A stretch of DNA of 64,000 nucleotides from NCBI GenBank assembly GCA_964057225.1, contig OZ059899.1:10726001-10790000 (forward strand), given 5' to 3'. This stretch comes from Auanema rhodensis. Lineage: Eukaryota > Animalia > Nematoda. The notes beneath the pieces are model-generated. The model had not been told where the DNA came from. It searched no databases and saw only the letters and a list, made by a program, of their open reading frames with translations. Below are positions 24,975-37,000 of this stretch, piece after piece; position 1 is the stretch's first letter, and every line of letters begins with the position of its first letter. The translations under genes and the position numbers were made by a program.

Positions 24975-26610
24975 TCTTATGAGAAAAAAAACTAAGAAAA
25001 TTGTGATGAGAGAAATTAAGAGAAAACCTATTGAGCTGACATTACATTTTTCGACAATATCACTAGATTCGATATCATTGATTTCCTGGAAACGTTATTC
25101 CTCTACTTTTTTATATCAAACGAGAGTTTAATGCAATTATAGAGAAATCAGGATCAGTCTGTTCTGTTGGAGAACTGTAAGACATAAAAGTTCAATCTAA
25201 TAGGCTTTTTATCGAAGTAAATGTACAAGTTTAAATTGGATATCTAACAATCTTTTTCATTTTATTTTTTTTTGTTTGTTTTAAAGTAGGAAAAACTAGT
25301 TCTTTTCTTTCTAATTTCCATTCCAAATGCTTTCGAATTCCAGGAAAATACATGAGGCCTTGTTCAACTAAAATTTCAGAAACTCTTATGAGAAAAAAAA
25401 CTAAGAAAATTGTGATGAGAGAAATTAAGAGAAAACCTATTGAGCTGACATTACATTTTTCGACAATATCACTAGATTCGATATCATTGATATCCTGGAA
25501 ACGTTATTACTCTACTTTTTTATATCAAACGAGAGTTTAATGTAATCATAGAGAAATCAGGATCAGTCTGTTCTGTTGGAGAACTGTAAGACATAAAAGT
25601 TCAATCTAATAGGCTTTTTATCGAAGTAAATGTACAAGTTTAAATTGGATATCTAACAATCTTTTTCATTTTATTTCTTTTTGTTCGTTTTAAAGTAGGA
25701 AAAACTATTTCTTTTCTTTCTAATTTCCATTCCAAATGCTTTCGAATTCCAGGAAAATATATAAGGCCTTGTTCAACTAAGATTTCAGAAACTCTTATGA
25801 GAAAAAAAACTAAGAAAATTGTGATGAGAGAAATTAAGAGAAAACCTATTGAGCTGACATTACATTTTTCGACAATATCACTAGATTCGATATCATTGAT
25901 TTCCTGGAAACGTTATTCCTCTACTTTTTTATATCAAACGAGAGTTTAATGCAATTATAGAGAAATCAGGATCAGTCTGTTCTGTTGGAGAACTGTAAGA
26001 CATAAAAGTTCAATCTAATAGGCTTTTTATCGAAGTAAATGTACAAGTTTAAATTGGATATCTAACAATCTTTTTCATTTTATTTTTTTTTGTTTGTTTT
26101 AAAGTAGGAAAAACTAGTTCTTTTCTTTCTAATTTCCATTCCAAATGCTTTCGAATTCCAGGAAAATACATGAGGCCTTGTTCAACTAAAATTTCAGAAA
26201 CTCTTATGAGAAAAAAAACTAAGAAAATTGTGATGAGAGAAATTAAGAGAAAACCTATTGAGCTGACATTACATTTTTCGACAATATCACTAGATTCGAT
26301 ATCATTAATATCCTGGAAACGTTATTACTCTACTTTTTTATATCAAACGAGAGTTTAATGTAATCATAGAGAAATCAGGATCAGTCTGTTCTGTTGGAGA
26401 ACTGTAAGACATAAAAGTTCAATCTAATAGGCTTTTTATCGAAGTAAATGTACAAGTTTAAATTGGATATCTAACAACCTTTTTCATTTTATTTCTTTTT
26501 GTTCGTTTTAAAGTAGGAAAAACTATTTCTTTTCTTTCTAATTTCCATTCCAAATGCTTTAGAATTCTAGGAAAATATATAAGGCCTTGTTCAACTAAAA
26601 TTTCAGAAAC
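24975..26610. repeat. 2-monomer tandem duplication (818 bp)
   Basis: TTGATTTCC, TGCAATTATAG and ATACATGAGG occur in monomers 24975 and 25793; TTATTACTC in 25384 and 26202. ORF track copies at 25352 and 26170. Confidence 0.88.
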
Positions 26611-27699
26611 TCTTATGAGAAAAAAAACTAAGAAAATTGTGATGAGAGAAATTAAGAGAAAACCTATTGAGCTGACATTACATTTTTCAACAATATCACT
26701 AGATTCGATATCATTGATATCCTGGAAACAATATTCCTCTTTTTTTTATATCAAACGAGAGTTTAATGTAATCGTAGAGAAATCAGGATCAGTCTGTTCT
26801 GTTGGAGAACTGTAAGACATAAAAGTTCAATCTAATAGGCTTTTTATTGAAGTAAATGTACAAGTTTAAATTGGATATCTAACAATCTTTTTCATTTTAT
26901 TTTTTTTCTTTGTTTTAAAGTAGGAAAAACTAGTTCTTTTCTTTTTAATTTCCATTCCAAATGCTTTCGAATTCCAGGAAAATATATAAGGCCTTGTTCA
27001 ACTAAAATTTCAGAAACTCTTATGAGAAAAAAAACTAACAAAATTGTGATGAGAGAAATTAAGAGAAAATCTATTGAGCTGACATTACATTTTTCGACAA
27101 TATCACTAGATTCGATATAATTGATATCCTGGAAACGTTATTCCTCTTTTTTTTATATCAAACGAGAGTTTAATGTAATCGTAGAGAAATCAGGATCAGT
27201 CTGTTCTGTTGGAGAACTGTAAGACATAAAAGTTCAATCTAATAGGCTTTTTATTGAAGTAAATGTACAAGTTTAAATTGGAAATCTAACAATCTTTTTC
27301 ATTTTATTTTTTTTCTTTGTTTTAAAGTAGGAAAAACTAGTTCTTTTCTTTCTAATTTCCATTCCAAATGCTTTCGAATTCCAGGAAAATATATAACGCC
27401 TTGTTCAACTAAAATTCCAGAAACTCTTATGAGAAAAAAAACTAACAAAATGGTGATGAGAGAAATTAAGAGAAAACCTTTTGAGCTGACATTACATTTT
27501 TCGACAATATCACTAGATTCGATATCATTGATATCCTGGAAACGTTATTCCTCTTTTTTTTTATATCAAACGAGAGTTTAATGTAATCGTAGAGAAATCA
27601 GGATCAGTCTGTTCTGTTGGAGAACTGTAAGACATAAAAGTTCAATCTAATAGGCTTTTTATTGAAGTAAATGTACAAGTTTAAATTGGATATCTAACA

Positions 27700-30600
27700 A
27701 TCTTTTTCATTTTATTACTTTTTGTTTGTTTTAAAGTAGGAAAAACTAGTTCTTTTCTTTTTAATTTCCATCCTAAATACTTTCGAATTCCAGAAAAATA
27801 TAAAAGGCCTTGGTCAACTAAGATTTCAGAAACTCTTATGAAAAAAAACTAAGACAATTGTGATGAGAGAAATTAAGAGAAAACCTATTGAGCTGACATT
27901 ACATTTTTCGACAATATCACTAGATTCGATATCATTGATATCCTGGAAACGTTATTACTCTACTTTTTTATATCAAACGAGAGTTTAATGTAATCATAGA
28001 GAAATCAGGATCAGTCTGTTCTGTTGGAGAACTGTAAGACATAAAAGTTCAATCTAATAGGCTTTTTATCGAAGTAAATGTACAAGTTTAAATTGGATAT
28101 CTAACAATCTTTTTCATTTTATTTCTTTTTGTTCGTTTTAAAGTAGGAAAAACTAGTTCTTTCCTTTCTAATTTCCATTCCAAATGCTTTCGAATTCCAG
28201 GAAAATATATAAGGCCTTGGTCAACTAAGATTTCAGAAACTCTTATGAGAAAAAACTAAGACAATTGTGATGAGAGAAATTAAGAGAAAACCTATTGAGC
28301 TGACATTACATTTTTCTACAATATCACTAGATTCGATATCATTGATATCCTGGAAACGTTATTCCTCTACTTTTTCTATATCAAACGAGAGGTTAATGTA
28401 ATCATAGAGAAATCAGGATCATTCTGTTCTGTTGGAGAACTGTAATACATAGAAGTTCAATCTAATAGGCTTTTTATCGAAGTAAATGTACAAGTTTAAA
28501 TTGGATATCTAACAATCTTTTTCATTTTATTTCTTTTTGTTTGTTTTAAAGTAGGAAAAACTAGTTCTTTTCTTTCTAATTTCCATTCCAAATGCTTTCG
28601 AATTCCAGGAAAATATATAAGGCCTTGTTCAACTAAAATTTCAGAAACTCTTATGAGAAAAAAAACTAAGAAAATTGTGATGAGAGAAATTAAGAGAAAA
28701 CCTATTGAGCTGACATTACATTTTTCGACAATATCACTAGATTCGATATCATTGATTTCCTGGAAACGTTATTCCTCTACTTTTTTATATCAAACGAGAG
28801 TTTAATGCAATTATAGAGAAATCAGGATCAGTCTGTTCTGTTGGAGAACTGTAAGACATAAAAGTTCAATCTAATAGGCTTTTTATCGAAGTAAATGTAC
28901 AAGTTTAAATTGGATATCTAACAATCTTTTTCATTTTATTTCTTTTTGTTTGTTTTAAAGTAGGAAAAATTAGTTCTTTTATTCCTAATTTGCATTCCAA
29001 ATGCTTTCGAATTTCAGGAAAATATATAAGGCCTTGTTCAACTAAGATTTCAGAAACTCTTATGAGAAAAAAAACTAAGACAACTGTGATGAGAGCAATT
29101 AAGAGAAAAACTATGGAGCTGACAATACATTTTTCGACAATATCAGTAGATTCAAAATAATTGATATCCTGGAAACGTTATTCCTCTCCTTTTTTATATC
29201 AAACGAGAGTTTAATGTAATCATAGAGAAATCAGGATCAGTCTGTTCTGTTGGAGAACTGTAAGACATAAAAGTTCAATCTAATATTCTTTTCATCAAAG
29301 TAAATGTACAAGTTTAAATTGGATATCTAACAATCTTTTTCATTTTATTTCTTTTTGTTTAATTTAAAGTAGGAAAAATTAGTTCTTTTATTCCTAGTTT
29401 GCATTCCAAATGCTTTCGAATTCTAGGAAAATAAATAAGGCCTTGTTCAACTAAAATTTCAGAAACTCTTATGAGAAAAAAAACTAAGAAAATTGTGATG
29501 AGAGAAATTAAGAGAAAACCTATTGAGCTGACATTACATTTTTCGACAATATCACTAGATTCGATATCATTGATATCCTGGAAACAATATTCCTCTTTTT
29601 TTTTATATCAAACGAGAGTTTAATGTAATCGTAGAGAAATCAGGATCAGTCTGTTCTGTTGGAGAACTGTAAGACATAAAAGTTCAATCTAATAGGCTTT
29701 TTATTGAAGTAAATGTACAAGTTTAAATTGGATATCTAACAATCTTTTTCATTTTATTACTTTTTGTTTGTTTTAAAGTAGGAAAAACTAGTTCTTTTCT
29801 TTTTAATTTCCATCCTAAATACTTTCGAATTCCAGAAAAATATATAAGGCCTTGGTCAACTAAGATTTCAGAAACTCTTATGGGAAAAAAAACTAAGACA
29901 ATTGTGATGAGAGAAATTAAGAGAAAAACTATGGAGCTGACATTACATTTTTCGACAATATCACTAGATTCGATATCATTGATATCCTGGAAACGTTATT
30001 CCTCTCCTTTTTTTATATCAAACGAGAGTTTATTGTAATTGTAGAGAAATCAGGATCAGTCTGTTCTGTTGGAGAACTGTAAGACATAAAAGTTCAATCT
30101 AATAGGCTTTTTATTGAAGTAAATGTACAAGTTTAAATTGGAAATCTAACAATCTTTTTCATTTTATTTTTTTTCTTTGTTTTAAAGTAGGAAAAACTAG
30201 TTCTTTTCTTTCTAATTTCCATTCCAAATGCTTTCGAATTCCAGGAAAATATATAAGGCCTTGTTCAACTAAAATTCCAGAAACTCTTATGAGAAAAAAA
30301 ACTAACAAAATGGTGATGAGAGAAATTAAGAGAAAACCTATTGAGCTGACATTACATTTTTCGACAATATCACTAGATTCCATATCATTGATATCCTGGA
30401 AACGTTATTCCTCTTTTTTTTATATCAAACGAGAGTTTAATGTAATCGTAGAGAAATCAGGATCAGTCTGTTCTGTTGGAGAACTGTAAGACATAAAAGT
30501 TCAATCTAATAGGCTTTTTATTGAAGTAAATGTACAAGTTTAAATTGGATATCTAACAATCTTTTTCATTTTATTACTTTTTGTTTGTTTTAAAGTAGGA

Positions 30601-33600
30601 AAAACTAGTTCTTTTCTTTTTAATTTCCATCCTAAATACTTTCGAATTCCAGAAAAATATATGAGGCCTTGGTCAACTAAGATTTCAGAAACTCTTATGA
30701 AAAAAAACTAAGACAATTGTGATGAGAGCAATTAAGAGAAAAACTATGGAGCTGACATTACATTTTTCGACAATATCAGTAGATTCGAAATAATTGATAT
30801 CCTGGAAACGTTATTCCTCTCCTTTTTTTATATCAAACGAGAGTTTAATATAATCGTAGAGAAATCAGGATCAGTCTGTTCTGTTGGGGAACTGTAAAAC
30901 ATAAAAGTTCAATCTAATAGGCTTTTTATTGAAGAAAATGTACAGGTTTAAATTGGATATCTAACAATCTTTTTCATTTTATTACTTTTTGTTTGTTTTA
31001 AAGTAGGAAAAACTAGTTCTTTTCTTTTTAATTTCCATCCTAAATACTTTCGAATTCCAGAAAAATATATAAGGCCTTGGTCAACTAAGATTTCAGAAAC
31101 TCTTATGAGAAAAAAAACTAAGACAATTGTGATGAGAGAAATTAAGAGAAAACCTATGGAGCTGACATTACATTTTTCTACTATATCACTAGATTCGATA
31201 TCATTGATATCCTGGAAACGTTATTCCTCTACTTTTTTATATCAAACGAGAGTTTAATGTAATCATAGAGAAATCAGGATCAGTCTGTTCTGTTGGAGAA
31301 CTGTAAGACATAAAAGTTCAATCTAATATTCTTTTCATCAAAGTAAATGTACAAGTTTAAATTGGATATCTAACAATCTTTTTCATTTTATTTCTTTTTG
31401 TTTGTTTTAAAGTAGGAAAAATTAGTTCTTTTATTCCTAGTTTGCATTCCAAATGCTTTCGAATTCCAGGAAAATATATAAGGCCTTGTTCAACTAAGAT
31501 TTCAGAAACTCTTATGAGAAAAAAACTAAGACAATTGTGATGAGAGCAATTAAGAGAAAAACTATGGAGCTGACATTACATTTTTCGACAATATCAGTAG
31601 ATTCGAAATAAATGATATCCTGGAAACGTTATTCCTCTCTTTTTTTTATATCAAACGAGAGTTTCATGTAATCGTAGAGAAATCAGGATCAGTCTGTTCT
31701 GTTGGAGAACTGTAAGACATAAAAGTTCAATCTAATAGGCTTTTTATTGAAGTAAATGTACAAGTTTAAATTGGATATCTAACAATCTTTTTCATTTTAT
31801 TACTTTTTGTTTGTTTTAAAGTAGGAAAAACTAGTTCTTTTCTTTTTAATTTCCATCCTAAATACTTTCGAATTCCAGAAAAATATATAAGGCCTTGGTC
31901 AACTAAGATTTCAGAAACTCTTATGGGAAAAAAAACTAAGACAATTGTGATGAGAGAAATTAAGAGAAAAACTATGGAGCTGACATTACATTTTTCGACA
32001 ATATCACTAGATTCGATATCATTGATATCCTGGAAACGTTATTCCTCTACTTTTTTATATCAAACGAGAGTTTAATGTAATCATAGAGAAATCAGGATCA
32101 GTCTGTTCTGTTGGAGAACTGTAAGATAAAAAAGTTCAATCTAATAGGCTTTTTATTGGAGTAAATGTACAAGTTTAAATTGGATATCTAACAATCTTTT
32201 TCATTTTATTACTTTTTGTTTGTTTTAAAGTAGGAAAAACTAGTTCTTTTCTTTTTAATTTCCATCCTAAATACTTTCGAATTCCAGAAAAATATAAAAG
32301 GCCTTGGTCAACTAAGATTTCAGAAACTCTTATGAAAAAAAACTAAGACAATTGTGATGAGAGAAATTAAGAGAAAACCTATTGAGCTGACATTACATTT
32401 TTCGACAATATCACTAGATTCGATATCATTGATATCCTGGAAACGTTATTACTCTACTTTTTTATATCAAACGAGAGTTTAATGTAATCATAGAGAAATC
32501 AGGATCAGTCTGTTCTGTTGGAGAACTGTAAGACATAAAAGTTCAATCTAATAGGCTTTTTATCGAAGTAAATGTACAAGTTTAAATTGGATATCTAACA
32601 ATCTTTTTCATTTTATTTCTTTTTGTTCGTTTTAAAGTAGGAAAAACTAGTTCTTTCCTTTCTAATTTCCATTCCAAATGCTTTCGAATTCCAGGAAAAT
32701 ATATAAGGCCTTGGTCAACTAAGATTTCAGAAACTCTTATGAGAAAAAACTAAGACAATTGTGATGAGAGAAATTAAGAGAAAACCTATTGAGCTGACAT
32801 TACATTTTTCTACAATATCACTAGATTCGATATCATTGATATCCTGGAAACGTTATTCCTCTACTTTTTCTATATCAAACGAGAGGTTAATGTAATCATA
32901 GAGAAATCAGGATCATTCTGTTCTGTTGGAGAACTGTAATACATAGAAGTTCAATCTAATAGGCTTTTTATCGAAGTAAATGTACAAGTTTAAATTGGAT
33001 ATCTAACAATCTTTTTCATTTTATTTCTTTTTGTTTGTTTTAAAGTAGGAAAAACTAGTTCTTTTCTTTCTAATTTCCATTCCAAATGCTTTCGAATTCC
33101 AGGAAAATATATAAGGCCTTGTTCAACTAAAATTTCAGAAACTCTTATGAGAAAAAAAACTAAGAAAATTGTGATGAGAGAAATTAAGAGAAAACCTATT
33201 GAGCTGACATTACATTTTTCGACAATATCACTAGATTCGATATCATTGATTTCCTGGAAACGTTATTCCTCTACTTTTTTATATCAAACGAGAGTTTAAT
33301 GCAATTATAGAGAAATCAGGATCAGTCTGTTCTGTTGGAGAACTGTAAGACATAAAAGTTCAATCTAATAGGCTTTTTATCGAAGTAAATGTACAAGTTT
33401 AAATTGGATATCTAACAATCTTTTTCATTTTATTTCTTTTTGTTTGTTTTAAAGTAGGAAAAATTAGTTCTTTTATTCCTAATTTGCATTCCAAATGCTT
33501 TCGAATTCCAGGAAAATATATAAGGCCTTGTTCAACTAAGATTTCAGAAACTCTTATGAGAAAAAAAACTAAGACAACTGTGATGAGAGCAATTAAGAGA

Positions 33601-36600
33601 AAAACTATGGAGCTGACAATACATTTTTCGTCAATATCAGTAGATTCAAAATAATTGATATCCTGGAAACGTTATTCCTCTCCTTTTTTATATCAAACGA
33701 GAGTTTAATGTAATCATAGAGAAATCAGGATCAGTCTGTTCTGTTGAAGAACTGTAAGACATAAAAGTTCAATCTAATATTCTTTTCATCAAAGTAAATG
33801 TACAAGTTTAAATTGGATATCTAACAATCTTTTTCATTTTATTTCTTTTTGTTTAATTTAAAGTAGGAAAAATTAGTTCTTTTATTCCTAGTTTGCATTC
33901 CAAATGCTTTCGAATTCTAGGAAAATAAATAAGGCCTTGTTCAACTAAAATTTCAGAAACTCTTATGAGAAAAAAAACTAAGAAAATTGTGATGAGAGAA
34001 ATTAAGAGAAAACCTATTGAGCTGACATTACATTTTTCGACAATATCACTAGATTCGATATCATTGATATCCTGGAAACAATATTCCTCTTTTTTTTTAT
34101 ATCAAACGAGAGTTTAATGTAATCGTAGAGAAATCAGGATCAGTCTGTTCTGTTGGAGAACTGTAAGACATAAAAGTTCAATCTAATAGGCTTTTTATTG
34201 AAGTAAATGTACAAGTTTAAATTGGATATCTAACAATCTTTTTCATTTTATTACTTTTTGTTTGTTTTAAAGTAGGAAAAACTAGTTCTTTTCTTTTTAA
34301 TTTCCATCCTAAATACTTTCGAATTCCAGAAAAATATATAAGGCCTTGGTCAACTAAGATTTCAGAAACTCTTATGGGAAAAAAAACTAAGACAATTGTG
34401 ATGAGAGAAATTAAGAGAAAAACTATGGAGCTGACATTACATTTTTCGACAATATCACTAGATTCGATATCATTGATATCCTGGAAACGTTATTCCTCTC
34501 CTTTTTTTATATCAAACGAGAGTTTATTGTAATCGTAGAGAAATCAGGATCAGTCTGTTCTGTTGGAGAACTGTAAGACATAAAAGTTCAATCTAATAGG
34601 CTTTTTATTGAAGTAAATGTACAAGTTTAAATTGGATATCTAACAATCTTTTTCATTTTATTACTTTTTGTTTGTTTTAAAGTAGGAAAAACTAGTTCTT
34701 TTCTTTTTAATTTCCATCCTAAATACTTTCGAATTCCAGAAAAATATATAAGGCCTTGGTCAACTAAGATTTCAGAAACTCTTATGGGAAAAAAAACTAA
34801 GACAATTGTGATGAGAGAAATTAAGAGAAAAACTATGGAGCTGACATTACATTTTTCGACAATATCACTAGATTCGATATCATTGATATCCTGGAAACGT
34901 TATTCCTCTCCTTTTTTTATATCAAACGAGAGTTTATTGTAATTGTAGAGAAATCAGGATCAGTCTGTTCTGTTGGAGAACTGTAAGACATAAAAGTTCA
35001 ATCTAATAGGCTTTTTATTGAAGTAAATGTACAAGTTTAAATTGGAAATCTAACAATCTTTTTCATTTTATTTTTTTTCTTTGTTTTAAAGTAGGAAAAA
35101 CTAGTTCTTTTCTTTCTAATTTCCATTCCAAATGCTTTCGAATTCCAGGAAAATATATAAGGCCTTGTTCAACTAAAATTCCAGAAACTCTTATGAGAAA
35201 AAAAACTAACAAAATGGTGATGAGAGAAATTAAGAGAAAACCTATTGAGCTGACATTACATTTTTCGACAATATCACTAGATTCCATATCATTGATATCC
35301 TGGAAACGTTATTCCTCTTTTTTTTATATCAAACGAGAGTTTAATGTAATCGTAGAGAAATCAGGATCAGTCTGTTCTGTTGGAGAACTGTAAGACATAA
35401 AAGTTCAATCTAATAGGCTTTTTATTGAAGTAAATGTACAAGTTTAAATTGGATATCTAACAATCTTTTTCATTTTATTACTTTTTGTTTGTTTTAAAGT
35501 AGGAAAAACTAGTTCTTTTCTTTTTAATTTCCATCCTAAATACTTTCGAATTCCAGAAAAATATATGAGGCCTTGGTCAACTAAGATTTCAGAAACTCTT
35601 ATGAAAAAAAACTAAGACAATTGTGATGAGAGCAATTAAGAGAAAAACTATGGAGCTGACATTACATTTTTCGACAATATCAGTAGATTCGAAATAATTG
35701 ATATCCTGGAAACGTTATTCCTCTCCTTTTTTTATATCAAACGAGAGTTTAATATAATCGTAGAGAAATCAGGATCAGTCTGTTCTGTTGGGGAACTGTA
35801 AAACATAAAAGTTCAATCTAATAGGCTTTTTATTGAAGAAAATGTACAGGTTTAAATTGGATATCTAACAATCTTTTTCATTTTATTACTTTTTGTTTGT
35901 TTTAAAGTAGGAAAAACTAGTTCTTTTCTTTTTAATTTCCATCCTAAATACTTTCGAATTCCAGAAAAATATATAAGGCCTTGGTCAACTAAGATTTCAG
36001 AAACTCTTATGAGAAAAAAAACTAAGACAATTGTGATGAGAGAAATTAAGAGAAAACCTATGGAGCTGACATTACATTTTTCTACTATATCACTAGATTC
36101 GATATCATTGATATCCTGGAAACGTTATTCCTCTACTTTTTTATATCAAACGAGAGTTTAATGTAATCATAGAGAAATCAGGATCAGTCTGTTCTGTTGG
36201 AGAACTGTAAGACATAAAAGTTCAATCTAATATTCTTTTCATCAAAGTAAATGTACAAGTTTAAATTGGATATCTAACAATCTTTTTCATTTTATTTCTT
36301 TTTGTTTGTTTTAAAGTAGGAAAAATTAGTTCTTTTATTCCTAGTTTGCATTCCAAATGCTTTCGAATTCCAGGAAAATATATAAGGCCTTGTTCAACTA
36401 AGATTTCAGAAACTCTTATGAGAAAAAAACTAAGACAATTGTGATGAGAGCAATTAAGAGAAAAACTATGGAGCTGACATTACATTTTTCGACAATATCA
36501 GTAGATTCGAAATAAATGATATCCTGGAAACGTTATTCCTCTCTTTTTTTTATATCAAACGAGAGTTTCATGTAATCGTAGAGAAATCAGGATCAGTCTG

Positions 36601-37000
36601 TTCTGTTGGAGAACTGTAAGACATAAAAGTTCAATCTAATAGGCTTTTTATTGAAGTAAATGTACAAGTTTAAATTGGATATCTAACAATCTTTTTCATT
36701 TTATTACTTTTTGTTTGTTTTAAAGTAGGAAAAACTAGTTCTTTTCTTTTTAATTTCCATCCTAAATACTTTCGAATTCCAGAAAAATATATAAGGCCTT
36801 GGTCAACTAAGATTTCAGAAACTCTTATGGGAAAAAAAACTAAGACAATTGTGATGAGAGAAATTAAGAGAAAAACTATGGAGCTGACATTACATTTTTC
36901 GACAATATCACTAGATTCGATATCATTGATATCCTGGAAACGTTATTCCTCTCCTTTTTTTATATCAAACGAGAGTTTATTGTAATCGTAGAGAAATCAG
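27700..37000. repeat. 11-monomer tandem duplication (4494 bp); second copy expanded to 12 monomers (4904 bp offset)
   Basis: GAGAGGTT/GATCATTC/CATAGAAG in monomers 28241 and 32735. ACAACTGT/GACAATAC/GTTTAATTTAAA in 29058 and 33552. GATTCCATATC in 30285 and 35189. ORF track pairs 30159/35063 and 30289/35193. Confidence 0.9.

Noticed and set aside
12516-35287. Minus-strand ORFs 12516-12716, 30159-30383 and 35063-35287 as functional genes
   Set aside because: Their start codons come from private mutations or frameshifts in single monomers (or one duplicated monomer). They are windows onto the start-less frame reported under findings.
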